Of a stretch of DNA of 64,000 nt, positions 1 to 10,066 are shown one piece after another. Numbering within the stretch: the stretch's first letter is position 1; every line of letters begins with the position of its first letter. The stretch is from a virus: positions 32,001 through 96,000 of IMG/VR virus record IMGVR_UViG_3300036820_000003. One strand, 5' to 3'. The notes beneath the pieces are model-generated. The model ran no database searches. It was not told the DNA's origin and saw only the letters and a list, made by a program, of their open reading frames with translations. A program made the position numbers and the translations under genes.

Positions 1-5
1 GCCGG

Positions 6-1202
6 GTGTCGTCCTCCCGTCCGTACGCCCGTGACCTGGAGAACGGGCTGACCCGCCAGGAGGACGCCCGGGCTCAGAAAAGGCGCGAGGCACTGGCCGA
101 GGCACTCCGGGAGGAGGGTCGGCTCGCGGCGGCGGCGAAAAATGCAGACTCCCCAGGCGTAAACAGCCCGAGGGAGGACGCTGAGGAGGCGGCGGCGGAC
201 CTGGCCGCGCGCCGGGCGGGCTGGAGGGGGCCGGAAAAGGCCCTGGGAGCCACGCTGAGCCCCCTGGAGGGGCTGGGCGGCACAATCACCCCGGAGGCCC
301 CCCTGAAGCCCGCTACGGCCCGCTCAGAGCCTCTGACGGATATCCCGACTGTCAGCCCTCAGATCAGGAATCCGAAATCGGCGACTTCCGGCGGGAAGGC
401 CCCGTTCGAGATCCGGGTCGAGCCGTGGATCCCGGCCGGATGGTCGGTCACGCACACCGAGCCCGTGAAGCCCGAGGCCCCGGAGACCCTCGACGACGTG
501 TTCGCGGAGATGCGGGAGGAGCTGGCTGCGGCGGTGCCGGGCGGCGGGGGCCAGGATGCCGTTTCCGAGGCCGCAGGGACCCCGCAGGCGGGTGCGGAGG
601 CCCCCCCGCGTGTAACGGGCGGGGGCGGGGGTCCCGAGGCTTCTGAGGGCCTCTCCGAGGCTGCGGAGCGGAAGACGTGCTCGCAGTGCGGGCACGAGCG
701 AGGGCTGGGGCAGTTCCAGCGCGACAAGCGGGCCTCGGACGGACGCAGGCCCAGCTGCAAGATCTGCACGGCGCGATATGACGCGATGAGGCGAAGTCTG
801 CGGAAATCCGCGAAAAAGGCGGTTGACGTCGCGATCGAGGCGGGTGAGGACGCGAAAAAGGCGGTTGAGGCGGAAATCGTGGCTCCGCCTCCTGAGAAGC
901 CGATTCCCAAAAAACCGGTCGCGCCCTTGAAGATCGTCAAGACCCCGAAGCCGGTGAAGGTCGTCAGGCCGGCTGACCGGCCGGTCGTGCTCCAGAAGAT
1001 CTTCCGGCCCCCGGTTGAAGACGAGATCCCCGAGCTGGAGGAGGATCTCAGCCTGCGGAAGTGCAGGTCGTGTCACGTGGGGAAGTCGGAGGAGGCGTAC
1101 TACACCCGAGCGGACGGGAGAATCAGGTCGGTCTGCAAGGAGTGCGAAATCCGGGAAAGCCGCGAGCGACGGATCGCGAGGAAGCTCCGTGAAGTTCTCT
1201 GA
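6..1202 (+). CDS. Low-complexity protein with two CxxC...CxxC zinc-binding modules
   Basis: KTCSQC...PSCKIC and RKCRSC...VCKEC modules, like the N-terminal Zn modules of phage HNH/EndoVII proteins; no catalytic domain seen; may be 5' truncated. Confidence 0.65.
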   Translation: MSSSRPYARDLENGLTRQEDARAQKRREALAEALREEGRLAAAAKNADSPGVNSPREDAEEAAADLAARRAGWRGPEKALGATLSPLEGLGGTITPEAPLKPATARSEPLTDIPTVSPQIRNPKSATSGGKAPFEIRVEPWIPAGWSVTHTEPVKPEAPETLDDVFAEMREELAAAVPGGGGQDAVSEAAGTPQAGAEAPPRVTGGGGGPEASEGLSEAAERKTCSQCGHERGLGQFQRDKRASDGRRPSCKICTARYDAMRRSLRKSAKKAVDVAIEAGEDAKKAVEAEIVAPPPEKPIPKKPVAPLKIVKTPKPVKVVRPADRPVVLQKIFRPPVEDEIPELEEDLSLRKCRSCHVGKSEEAYYTRADGRIRSVCKECEIRESRERRIARKLREVL

Positions 1203-1239
1203 GCCCGAGCCCGGCCCGGGGGCTGACGGCGACCCGGAG

Positions 1240-1902
1240 ATGTGGGTTGACGATCTGGCCGAGCCGATCCGGGCACATGAGGCTTGCCCGGAGTGCGGGT
1301 GCTCGGGGATGTCGTCAGTTGTCCGGTTCATCCCGGTGGACGCGGACGGCGGCGGGATTCTCACGCCGGAGGACTATGCACGGCGCAGGAAACGTGCTAT
1401 GCTCGAACTGTCGCGGGAGCTGGAGCGGGAAGCGGCCGAGGGACTGGACCCGGTTGACGTGTGGCTGGGGGATGAGATCGTCATGCAGGTTCTCGGACTT
1501 TCGAACGGGACCTGGAGGGCGACGATCATCGCGACCGGCGGCAACTTCGGGCAGACGAGGGTGAAGTACGGACGGGGGAGCCGGGCGCACGGGGCGAAGT
1601 CCTGGAGACACGCGCTTGCTCTCGCAAGCGCTGCGACCGAGGTCACGACCGAGGCCGAGAAGATGAACGGGATCCGGGCTTTCGAGGGGGAGCCCGGAAC
1701 CCTGATGTTCAGGAAGCAGCAGCTGAGTCACTACACGCCAGACCGGATCACGGAGCAGCAGAGAATCGAGCGGAATCTGCGGGACCGGCTGTCCCCGACC
1801 ACGGCCTGGGAGCGGCACGGCAAGCCGCAGGACAGACGCAGAAAGGCTCGGGAGGCGGCGCTGGAGTTCAGTGAAAAGCCCCCCTCAGGAGGGGAATCCT
1901 GA
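1240..1902 (+). CDS. Hypothetical protein (N-terminal CPECGC)
   Basis: ORF following the previous gene; start uncertain (GTG 1189 possible). Confidence 0.6.
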   Translation: MWVDDLAEPIRAHEACPECGCSGMSSVVRFIPVDADGGGILTPEDYARRRKRAMLELSRELEREAAEGLDPVDVWLGDEIVMQVLGLSNGTWRATIIATGGNFGQTRVKYGRGSRAHGAKSWRHALALASAATEVTTEAEKMNGIRAFEGEPGTLMFRKQQLSHYTPDRITEQQRIERNLRDRLSPTTAWERHGKPQDRRRKAREAALEFSEKPPSGGES

Positions 1903-1908
1903 GGGGGG
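1879..1908. terminator. Hairpin between convergent genes
   Basis: Perfect 12-bp stem CCCCCCTCAGGA / TCCTGAGGGGGG with 6-nt loop. Confidence 0.6.
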
Positions 1909-1924
1909 CGCGGACGGCGGGGGG

Positions 1925-2719
1925 TCAGGGAGAGACTGACTCGCGCCCCGCGTCCTGGTTCCGGAGGTGGCGGACGCCCCACGCCCGACCCGAGGCGACG
2001 GAGCTGCGATGAGCGTGCTCGTCGACGAGGCGGGCGCGGGTCGCGTCCTTGAACGGAGCGGGGCGCGTGGTCCCGGGCTCGCGAAGCGTCGCGGCCGCTC
2101 CCTGCACGAATCCGGCGATCGAGGCGCGCGTGAGACGCGTGACGTCGTAGCTGCCCTTGAAGGCGCGACCTTCCTTGCGAGCGGCGGCCCGGACGGACGC
2201 GGCGTGCGACTCGGCCTCGGGCGCTATGATGTCGTAGACGTCGTTTATCCGCTCGAAGAGAGGGAGAGGGGCGGTGACGGTCACCTGGAGAGGGCTAGCC
2301 CCGGTTGAGCGGGTTCCGCCCTGAGTGAGCTCGGCCTCGACGTTGAGCGCCTTGGCGACGGCGATGTAGCCGTACGCCCGCGCGACTCCGTGACCCGCTG
2401 ATCCGGGGATGTCACGGGTGAAGGTCTCGAGTTCGGGGGCGGTCAGCCGCTCGAACGGCTCTTTCCAGGAGTCATCCGGTTCCGGAGATGCTTCCTCGTC
2501 CTTGACTTCCTCATCAGCGGGAAGCTGCTGAACAGAGGGTACTTCCGGTTCCACCACAGGTACCTCAAGTGCCGGTACGCTCTCCTCTGCATTGTCCACC
2601 TCCTCGCTAGGATTAGCTGCGACCTGCTCCGACGCGGCTTCCTGCTCGATCGACGTATCTGCCCGGTTCGAGGCCGGGCGGAATGTGAACTTCGTGGGCT
2701 CCGGGGGGCTTGCGGTCAT
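1925..2719 (-). CDS. Hypothetical protein, acidic N-terminus
   Basis: GGAGG RBS before ATG 2719 (MTASPPEP). Confidence 0.7.
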   Translation of the reverse strand: MTASPPEPTKFTFRPASNRADTSIEQEAASEQVAANPSEEVDNAEESVPALEVPVVEPEVPSVQQLPADEEVKDEEASPEPDDSWKEPFERLTAPELETFTRDIPGSAGHGVARAYGYIAVAKALNVEAELTQGGTRSTGASPLQVTVTAPLPLFERINDVYDIIAPEAESHAASVRAAARKEGRAFKGSYDVTRLTRASIAGFVQGAAATLREPGTTRPAPFKDATRARLVDEHAHRSSVASGRAWGVRHLRNQDAGRESVSP

Positions 2720-3134
2720 AACTTCCTCCTGGTAAGGTGGGAGTTGCAGGACCGGGGGGTCGTGCAACCGGAGTGGCTTTAGGGAGTCACTCCGGTTTAA
2801 ACATAGCACACAGGACGGCGGTTGTAAACAGATGCGAGCATCCGAGTTTCCCTGCCTCCCAGGAGGCCCGTAAGCCTCGCGACCCTGCCCCCGCCCCCCT
2901 TTTACACGCGGCCCGGCCACGCGACGTCGTCAGGGGCCTCCCCGCGCCTCGGAGGCGGCTCCGGGCGGGCTACCAGCCGTGCGCCAGCGCCCAGCCCACG
3001 AATGACAGCCAGCATGCGAGAATGAGAATGAGCAGGGCGATAGTGAAGCTAGCCCTCTGCCGCAAACTCCACGACGACGGCCACATGGTTTCCAGCAGCC
3101 AGTACACGAACTCCTCGATGAGGCGGATCATCCG

Positions 3135-4433
3135 CTAATCCTGGACGTAGGTGCGGACGGGCGGGCGCGGATCGGCGGGCTGTTGCTGCGCGGGCTGCCG
3201 GCCCAAACCACCCGCTACACCCGCTACACCCGCTACATCCTGCTCGTCTTCGTAGCCGGGAACCGGACCCTCGTCCACTTCCTCGTCCTCGTCGTAGGCG
3301 AACGGGTCAATCTCCTCCGGAAGCTCCCCGTCCTCCGGCTCCGGCGGCTTCACCTGATCCCACGCCCGGAGCACATCGCGCAGGTAGTAGCCGCGCTGCG
3401 GGATCTCGAAGCCGGGGATGCGACGCTGGTGAGTGTTCACCGGCATCTCGTCGGATATCATCCTTGACATGCTGTTGAGCGAGTGATCCTCCTCCTCGTA
3501 CTCCTCGTGCGCTCGCATCGCGTTTGACAGGTCAGGCGATCGCACGAACCCCCGAAGGTACGTGTCGAGGCCGGGTGCGAGCTCGGCCGCTATCTGCAGC
3601 ATCCGCTGGCCCGGCGTCAACGCCGGCGCGTCCATCTCGGAGAATGCCAGCGCCCGGAACGCCTCGGTGCAGTACCGAAGCCAGCGGGGACCGCCAAGCT
3701 TGATAGCGACGGCGAACATCAGCTCCCACACCTCGGCCCTGCGCCCGCTGAGTCCCTTGATGTCCAGGCTGTCCGCCCGGAACCGGGCGATCTGGTCCGC
3801 CTTGGCGCGAGTCTGCTGGCCGAGCGCCCGGCCGTAGCGGTACATCTTGGGCTCGGCGTCCCGCACGTCGTAGTATTTGCGCGGCTTGCCTCGCTCGGTG
3901 GTTATGACGACGCAGCGGCTGCGGACGTCTCGCTTGACGCAGTCCCGGAGGCCGGTGAATATGAACGGCCCGTAGGTGCTGTAAGTCTCCTGGACGCCGC
4001 TGACGGAGCGGCCCCGGGTCGCGTTGCAGTGGTACCCTTCTCGGAGGACGTCCCCGATGATGCCGGAATTGGAGAGCTTCCTGGTCATCTCGTCCCGATA
4101 GACGACAAGCGGGATCTTGCGCTCAAGCGCGTTCCCCGCCTCCGCCAGCGCGGACGCCAAGTCGAATCCGGTACCGGACGCGTTGACGGCACGGGGGGAA
4201 AGTGCCAGCGTGATTCGCATTCCGAGGGTCTTTGCGGATTCCTCGTCTGCGGAGGTGAACATCAGGCGGCCGACTGTCGCCCCCTTGTCAGCCACCCAGG
4301 AAGCAGCCGCGTACAGGATCATCGCGCGTCGCTGCTCGTCGCTGGATACGAAATACCGTGCGACCGCACGGTCTATCTCGTCCAGTATCCCCAGCTGCTC
4401 TACTGATCCTTCGGACTCGTCTTGATTCGTCAT
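3135..4433 (-). CDS. DUF3631-like primase/helicase-associated P-loop protein
   Basis: RLMFTSADEESAKT (degenerate Walker A), RDE, YGPFIFTGL, RSRCVVI match the DUF3631-family pattern. Confidence 0.65.
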   Translation of the reverse strand: MTNQDESEGSVEQLGILDEIDRAVARYFVSSDEQRRAMILYAAASWVADKGATVGRLMFTSADEESAKTLGMRITLALSPRAVNASGTGFDLASALAEAGNALERKIPLVVYRDEMTRKLSNSGIIGDVLREGYHCNATRGRSVSGVQETYSTYGPFIFTGLRDCVKRDVRSRCVVITTERGKPRKYYDVRDAEPKMYRYGRALGQQTRAKADQIARFRADSLDIKGLSGRRAEVWELMFAVAIKLGGPRWLRYCTEAFRALAFSEMDAPALTPGQRMLQIAAELAPGLDTYLRGFVRSPDLSNAMRAHEEYEEEDHSLNSMSRMISDEMPVNTHQRRIPGFEIPQRGYYLRDVLRAWDQVKPPEPEDGELPEEIDPFAYDEDEEVDEGPVPGYEDEQDVAGVAGVAGGLGRQPAQQQPADPRPPVRTYVQD

Positions 4434-4547
4434 TCCGTCCTCCTTCTTCCTGTTCCTTCCTGCGGGCGCGCATGCGCGCCCGTAAACAGCATAGCACTCC
4501 GCAGCAAGCCGCGCAAGGGCGCGACTGCGGCGGAGTGCTATGCCCGA

Positions 4548-4721
4548 CTATTCCTCTCGACTGATGAAACTAACCTCCTGAACTGACACGAGACGCCATT
4601 CCGGCGGGATCCCGGACTGAGCCTCGACAGCGGCGTGCACGATGGACTGGCAGTCGTAATCAGCCTCGAAAATCTCGGCGTCATCGAGATTATCCACGAA
4701 TACAGCCTGATAGATAGGCAT
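4548..4721 (-). CDS. Hypothetical protein (57 aa, not in ORF track)
   Basis: MPIYQAVFVDNLDD...REE*, GAAGGA RBS. Confidence 0.6.
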   Translation of the reverse strand: MPIYQAVFVDNLDDAEIFEADYDCQSIVHAAVEAQSGIPPEWRLVSVQEVSFISREE

Positions 4722-4749
4722 CCTTCACTCCTTCCGCGAAGGCATCCTA

Positions 4750-5115
4750 TCACATGGCCGGAGGATCCGACGCGGGGTGCTCGGGCTCGGGCTCGGAGGC
4801 TGAAGGAGGATCCGGCACATTCCACACCGTCGTCTGGCCGAACAGGATCATCCGCAGCGCGGCCTGCATTCTACCAGCTCGGTATGAGGGTCCGATGACG
4901 GGGTCAGACAGAGCGCACTGATCGCAGATAAGACTCTCGATCATCCCCTCGACCTCCGGGGGCATCACCTGGTCAGCCTGGACCCACACCGGCAGGTCGC
5001 ATTCCCTGCACGCGCCCCTGACGACGGTTAGGATCTCGAGGCCCATCAGCGGGTTGTCCTCTACGCGACAGCAGACGCGGGTGCGAGTCTCAGGTTCCGG
5101 TGCGGGGTCGCTCAT
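4750..5115 (-). CDS. Hypothetical protein with CxxC pairs
   Basis: CREC, CDQC motifs. Confidence 0.6.
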   Translation of the reverse strand: MSDPAPEPETRTRVCCRVEDNPLMGLEILTVVRGACRECDLPVWVQADQVMPPEVEGMIESLICDQCALSDPVIGPSYRAGRMQAALRMILFGQTTVWNVPDPPSASEPEPEHPASDPPAM

Positions 5116-5425
5116 TCCATTCCCTCTGGTAGTCGGCGGCCAGCTTGTCGATCTCGTTTTCGGATGGAGGCTTGAGCGCGAAGCTGCGCTCCATATGCTC
5201 CTCCAGCAGCTTGAGCGCCGCCTCCAGGCGACTCACCTGCCACAGGAGCCGCTGCATGTCCTCGACTCCCGCCTCCGCGATCTCCCGGGCTCCCTGCGGC
5301 GGCTCCCCCAGCAGCCACCACGCATCCAGGATGTCGCCCAGTTCGGACTCGATGAAGCCGTCCGGCATCGACTCAAGCGACTCCGCCAGCTCCCGGAGCC
5401 TGTGAATTACCTGGCTTTTTGTCAT
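5090..5425 (-). CDS. Hypothetical protein
   Basis: RBS before MTKSQVIHRL; helical protein. Confidence 0.65.
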   Translation of the reverse strand: MTKSQVIHRLRELAESLESMPDGFIESELGDILDAWWLLGEPPQGAREIAEAGVEDMQRLLWQVSRLEAALKLLEEHMERSFALKPPSENEIDKLAADYQREWNERPRTGT

Positions 5426-5825
5426 CTCGCCGCCTTCCCTTCCTTGATTGATGCGCCGGGCGACGTGCCCGGAAGTCACGGCGCTGCCACTTGTAGCGAA
5501 GCGCGGAGCGAAGCCGGAGGAAAGGGTACACGAACGTCCGCAGAAAAGGCCAGATGACATATCGTCCGAACGTGCGCCGGAACAGCCTGCGGAGGAAAGC
5601 CCGGATTCTGCGAGGCTTCACGTGCCCGATGTGATAGTGCAGCCGGTACGAGCGACCGTTTTCGAACACCGGCCCCCAGCGACATTCGTAAGGCGTGATC
5701 ACCTGAGCCCGCCGGGTGTCGCGGATGAGGCGGCCGACCGCGATCCACGCCTCACCACGAGTGGAGTAGGAACGTTTCCGCAGATGGGAGTACATCCACC
5801 GCTTACGACGCTTCTTGACGCTCAC
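5373..5825 (-). CDS. Basic hypothetical protein
   Basis: ORF overlapping both neighbours. Confidence 0.5.
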   Translation of the reverse strand: MSVKKRRKRWMYSHLRKRSYSTRGEAWIAVGRLIRDTRRAQVITPYECRWGPVFENGRSYRLHYHIGHVKPRRIRAFLRRLFRRTFGRYVIWPFLRTFVYPFLRLRSALRYKWQRRDFRARRPAHQSRKGRRRDDKKPGNSQAPGAGGVA

Positions 5826-6126
5826 TCAGCAGCTCCGTCCCCTCCGCCAGCAGGCTCAGCATCTCGGCGGGGAACTCCAGCTCGAAGTCGAACTCCCGGA
5901 CGGGGAATCCAGAGTCGAGGGAGCGAATCCACTGCTCGCGATCGGCGGGATTATACACCCGATAGTGAACTTCCCACGGCGGCGGCAGCACGATGTTGAT
6001 CGCGTGCTCAAGGACGGCGACCCTGCACCGGGGGAACAGACGGCTGACCGCCACCTGGATCGGACAGCTTCGCGCGTCACCCCGACACCCCTCGTCGGGA
6101 TCGACGTGAACCTGAACCTTCGGCAT
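5803..6126 (-). CDS. Hypothetical protein
   Basis: GGAAGGAG RBS. Confidence 0.7.
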   Translation of the reverse strand: MPKVQVHVDPDEGCRGDARSCPIQVAVSRLFPRCRVAVLEHAINIVLPPPWEVHYRVYNPADREQWIRSLDSGFPVREFDFELEFPAEMLSLLAEGTELLSERQEAS

Positions 6127-6205
6127 ACCCCATTCTCCTTCCTGGCGGACTCAGCCCGCTCCGCCGACCGCCTCGAACGAGGCGGGCGACGGGCCGGGTT
6201 GAGGC

Positions 6206-6457
6206 CTACTTGAAGGTGACCTCCCAGGTGCCGTTGTCCAGACGACGCGGCGGGTGCTTGTCCATGCTGAGCTTTTTCGCGTCCAGTTTGAGGTACTCTG
6301 AATGCGAGACGATCTTGTGCTTGGAGTTCTTGGAGCTCTCCTCCTTCAAACGCTCGAACTCCGCCGTCCTGGCGTCGTGCCGATCGTTGCGACCCTGCTG
6401 ACCGCTCTTGCGGAGCTGCTCAGCGGCAGCTTCCGCGATTTTCCTTCCGATTCCCAT
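6206..6457 (-). CDS. Hypothetical protein
   Basis: GGAAGG RBS. Confidence 0.65.
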   Translation of the reverse strand: MGIGRKIAEAAAEQLRKSGQQGRNDRHDARTAEFERLKEESSKNSKHKIVSHSEYLKLDAKKLSMDKHPPRRLDNGTWEVTFK

Positions 6458-6470
6458 GAAGGTTTCCTTC

Positions 6471-6683
6471 CTAAGAGTACTTCACCCAGTACTTGCCGTG
6501 CTTGTCCACGTGGACCGCATCCACGTTGTCCATTCCCTTCTCCGCCATCAGCTGCTCGGGGCTGACCTCCACCGCGCCGTGCGGCTTGCCGGTCATCGTC
6601 TGGACAGTCCTGCCGTGGGCGTTCCTCGCGCCGCCGTGCAGCTTCCGGGCCAGCTCGACCGCCTTCTTGGTCTTCTCGAACAT
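6471..6683 (-). CDS. Hypothetical protein
   Basis: GGAAGGG RBS. Confidence 0.65.
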   Translation of the reverse strand: MFEKTKKAVELARKLHGGARNAHGRTVQTMTGKPHGAVEVSPEQLMAEKGMDNVDAVHVDKHGKYWVKYS

Positions 6684-6891
6684 CAGCTTCCTGTTCCCTT
6701 CCTCTTCGGTGCCCAGCGCACCGAGCCGCCCCCGACACGTCGGGGGCGACCCGCTAGGCTGGACGCCAGGCCCCGCTGTCGCAATGGGCGACGCGAGGAA
6801 TCGTGAACCTTTTCATGTTCCTCCTTTCCCCTTACGGTTGCGCGTGCGTGCGCACGCTGCCAGTTTAGCAGCCGGGAACCCCGGCTGCCAC

Positions 6892-7074
6892 CTAGGAATG
6901 CCGGGACGAGGGCCGGATATCCTTGAGAATCGTGTTGATAAGACTATCTCGGCTGGCGATCCGCACCGCGCCCCGGGCGAGCATCCGCTGCACGCCCGGA
7001 AATCGATCTGCCTGGGTCATCGCGATCTTCCGAAGCTCCGAAGTCCGCATTCCCTCAAGCTCCTCGCGCGTCAT
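6892..7074 (-). CDS. Hypothetical protein
   Basis: GGAGGGAG RBS. Confidence 0.6.
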   Translation of the reverse strand: MTREELEGMRTSELRKIAMTQADRFPGVQRMLARGAVRIASRDSLINTILKDIRPSSRHS

Positions 7075-7249
7075 TGACTCTCCCTCCGTTGTCTCGCACG
7101 AACTTCTCCAGCACGGCGGGGGACATCATCCGCACCCGGATCGGAATGTCCGTCGCGCTCGGATCCAGACTCGAGAGGATATCCGTCGCCTGGGCCGTCA
7201 GCGCCGCCAGCCTGTCATCACTCGCGTTCGCTCTCTCGATCGCGCTCAC
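7055..7249 (-). CDS. Hypothetical protein
   Basis: GTGA overlap with upstream gene. Confidence 0.6.
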   Translation of the reverse strand: MSAIERANASDDRLAALTAQATDILSSLDPSATDIPIRVRMMSPAVLEKFVRDNGGRVNDARGA

Positions 7250-7569
7250 GCCTTCAGCGCCTTCCTTATCACCAGGACGGCGAGCATGCTAGCCCCTGAG
7301 ATCGCCAGGAAGCTGCATCCCCAGATGAGCAGCCAGAATCCAGGCTCCAGACGAATCCCGAAGATCCCGGTCCCGGCTGCCGACAGCCACACCGAACTGC
7401 AGAAAGGGCAGCTGATCAAGTCGAAAGCCCAGCGAGTGACAGCGTTCGGACGCCTGGGCCTGGCGAGCTTCATGCGGAGCGGACGCGAGATCTGCGCGCT
7501 GCTCGCAATCTGCGCGACGGTCCCGACGGCGAGGGCCAGAACCCCCGCCGCCAGCAGCGGACCGGTCAC
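7246..7569 (-). CDS. DUF1360-like membrane protein
   Basis: LISCPFCSSVW motif between hydrophobic segments; GTGA overlap start. Confidence 0.65.
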   Translation of the reverse strand: MTGPLLAAGVLALAVGTVAQIASSAQISRPLRMKLARPRRPNAVTRWAFDLISCPFCSSVWLSAAGTGIFGIRLEPGFWLLIWGCSFLAISGASMLAVLVIRKALKA

Positions 7570-7880
7570 TCCGACTCGTACCTGTAGAAGCCACTGCCAC
7601 AGCAGTCCTCGCCGAAGCGAAGTCCCAGATGCGCGTACTCGGCCTGCCACACGCGCAGCTCGTCCGAGGTCTGCGCGTAGCTGATCTCGACTCGCTCGAA
7701 CTTCGCCTTGATCTCGTCAAACTCCCGAGTCGCCTTGTCCTTCTCGGACTCGACCTCGGCGAGGCAGCAGGCTGTGTCCTCGTCGAGCCGCTCGTTGCGC
7801 TGATCCTGCGGAGTCTCGTCGACGGGCTGGTCTGCCTTCGAGGCCGAGCCGGAGGTCGCGCGCTGCTTGCGTTCTGACAT
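7566..7880 (-). CDS. Coiled-coil hypothetical protein
   Basis: AAGGAAGG RBS. Confidence 0.65.
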   Translation of the reverse strand: MSERKQRATSGSASKADQPVDETPQDQRNERLDEDTACCLAEVESEKDKATREFDEIKAKFERVEISYAQTSDELRVWQAEYAHLGLRFGEDCCGSGFYRYESE

Positions 7881-8043
7881 CTTCCGTCCTTCCTTGCGTG
7901 CGTTGCATGTGCTTGCAGCCGCAGGCCCGGAGGGGCCTGCGGACGTCGCCGGGTGCCTCCGGGAGGTCGCGCGGGCGTGGCGCGCGGTTGCGCACGCGCG
8001 TTAAGCGCGCGTGCGCACGGCCTCCTGCGAGGCTCCCGCCGGC

Positions 8044-8331
8044 TCACTCGATATCGCGCTCTTCCGGATCGGCCGGAGACGCGGGAGTCGAGGGGTCGGT
8101 GTCGTACCTGACGATCTGCGAGGCCTGGGTGGCGTTAACGAGCCGCAGGATCTGAACCAGCTCCTCGTAGCGAGCCCTGGCGGCGTTCCGCAGCGGAATG
8201 TAGTGATCCCGCAGGCTCCGCTGCGCGTCCAGGTAGGTCATGCGGTCCTCCGCCCGGGTGCGGATGATCTCCGGCTCGGGGCCGCTCCAGTCAACCTGAA
8301 AGCCCTCGGCCGGGACGCGGGTGCCGCTCAT
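8044..8331 (-). CDS. Hypothetical protein
   Basis: ATGA overlap start MSGTRVP. Confidence 0.6.
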   Translation of the reverse strand: MSGTRVPAEGFQVDWSGPEPEIIRTRAEDRMTYLDAQRSLRDHYIPLRNAARARYEELVQILRLVNATQASQIVRYDTDPSTPASPADPEERDIE

Positions 8332-8420
8332 CGGGTGAGCCTGGCGAAGACCGGGATGAAGAGCACCGCCAGATTGGCGGCGATAAGAGACACCCCGATC
8401 TCGATTCCGATCGTGAACAT
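8328..8420 (-). CDS. Small membrane peptide (30 aa)
   Basis: MFTIGIEIGVSLIAANLAVLFIPVFARLTR; GGAGG RBS. Confidence 0.55.
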   Translation of the reverse strand: MFTIGIEIGVSLIAANLAVLFIPVFARLTR

Positions 8421-8429
8421 GCGAGCCTC

Positions 8430-8612
8430 CTAGCGCTCGAACTTCACCAGATAGTCGATTATCTCTATGCGAGGCTGCCTGCACAGCTTTGCGATTGCGG
8501 ATTTCTTCTCGTCCGCCTTCAGCGTCGTCCAGCTGTTGAACATCTTCTCGACCCGCTTCTTCAGGTCCCTCTCGCTGAGTGCGTCCAGCTCCCGGCGCTT
8601 GGCGTCAGACAT
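8430..8612 (-). CDS. Hypothetical protein
   Basis: AAGGAG RBS. Confidence 0.6.
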   Translation of the reverse strand: MSDAKRRELDALSERDLKKRVEKMFNSWTTLKADEKKSAIAKLCRQPRIEIIDYLVKFER

Positions 8613-8640
8613 TGTCGCTCCTTGCTCCTTTCCTTCCGGG

Positions 8641-8847
8641 CTACCCGAGAGACTGAAGCCACCTGCGCAGGCTGGCGGCGTCCCAGGTGCCGGTCTTGTC
8701 GTAAATCCCCTGACGGTATCTCTTGATCATCGCCACCGGAAGCTGCAGCAATTCCGAGATCTGCCCGTCGGTCTTCTCATGGGCCGCGTGTCGCGCGATT
8801 TGACTTTCGCGGGCCGTGAAGATATGATTGGTGTTGGCGGCGGTCAT
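8641..8847 (-). CDS. Hypothetical protein, possible HTH
   Basis: TDGQISELLQLPVAMIKRYR resembles an HTH. Confidence 0.55.
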   Translation of the reverse strand: MTAANTNHIFTARESQIARHAAHEKTDGQISELLQLPVAMIKRYRQGIYDKTGTWDAASLRRWLQSLG

Positions 8848-9191
8848 GTGACGGTGAACTTGCCTTCCTCAATGCAGGTAAGCGTGGCGATCCACGCGTG
8901 CGCGGACCTTGAGTAGCCGAGTGCCCTCGCGTCCGGATGACCCTCAACGTCGAGGCTCATCCCGGGCTTGAGACTGATGACCCGGATGTAGGCGACCAAA
9001 CCCCAGCCGCCCGAAGCGGCTGATGTCACGGGCACCTCCCCCGGAAGCTGGAGTATGACCAGCTCCGGGTATTTGAACACCGCCTCCCGGAACACCGTGA
9101 TCGACCCGTCGTATGGCGGCAGCGCGATGAGCGCGTCTGTCACGGGCTCCGAACCGGGTTCCGGTTCCGGGGTGATTGCAGGCTCTGACAT
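8844..9191 (-). CDS. Hypothetical protein
   Basis: AAGGAGG RBS. Confidence 0.65.
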   Translation of the reverse strand: MSEPAITPEPEPGSEPVTDALIALPPYDGSITVFREAVFKYPELVILQLPGEVPVTSAASGGWGLVAYIRVISLKPGMSLDVEGHPDARALGYSRSAHAWIATLTCIEEGKFTVT

Positions 9192-9265
9192 CGGGCCTCC
9201 TTTCGAACTTCGGTCCTGAGGACCGGACCCGGCACGGCGCAGCCGTGCCGGATCCCGCGCTCAGG

Positions 9266-10066
9266 CTACTTGTTCCTGCTCCTAGCCCGGATGATAGTAA
9301 CCCCGACCGCCATCATCAGCGCTACGAAGAACACCCAGAGGTCGTAGCCCTGGGCTTTCAGGCCCTGATCCCCGAACATCCCACTAATCGCCGCGCTCGA
9401 CATCAGCATGCCAGCCATAGCGAGAATCATCTGAAGATGCCTGTCGTAGCTCTTGCTGCGCCGGACTAGCTCCGTGACCTTGGCGTCGGGCTTTTCCAGC
9501 TCGCTCCTGAAGCCTGACGGCATATCCGGCAGATTAACCAGCAGCGCCTTCAGGTCGTCGTCGAAGCGCGCCTCCATGCACGCCTCCATCCGCGCGGTGA
9601 ACTCCTCGACCTTGAGACGGCCCTCGGCGAGGCATTGCTCCAGGTAAGCGCGGTAGCGCTCGCGGGTTTCGTCTTTGACGAAGATGCGCGTTTCCTTCAC
9701 TTCCGGTTCCTTTTCCGATTCTTGAACTGCTTTCAGATCGTCCACCAGGCTCCGCGCTGCCACCACAGCCAGATGGTCAATCTTGAACTGCCCGCCTTTA
9801 CGAACTGCTTCCATCAATTGCCAGACCACCTCGAAACCCCGGCGTATTTCCGGGTCGTCGAGTGTGAATCGGGTAATATCCAGTCCAGGCGTCACCAGCA
9901 GAATGCCCTTATCGACCCAGTGGGCGTGCATAATCGACTGGATCTGCTTATCTTGCTCTTGATTCGCCCGGATGATCCGACTCCCTTCGGGAGTCGCCCA
10001 GCTGTAAACGACAGCGCCGTTCTGAATGTCACGACGAACGACCCAGTAGCGAATGCCTGACGTCAT
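9266..10066 (-). CDS. DUF1707 (SHOCT-like) domain membrane protein
   Basis: RERYRAYLEQCLAEGRLKVEEFTARME...LKALLVNLP plus two C-terminal TM segments. Confidence 0.75.
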   Translation of the reverse strand: MTSGIRYWVVRRDIQNGAVVYSWATPEGSRIIRANQEQDKQIQSIMHAHWVDKGILLVTPGLDITRFTLDDPEIRRGFEVVWQLMEAVRKGGQFKIDHLAVVAARSLVDDLKAVQESEKEPEVKETRIFVKDETRERYRAYLEQCLAEGRLKVEEFTARMEACMEARFDDDLKALLVNLPDMPSGFRSELEKPDAKVTELVRRSKSYDRHLQMILAMAGMLMSSAAISGMFGDQGLKAQGYDLWVFFVALMMAVGVTIIRARSRNK

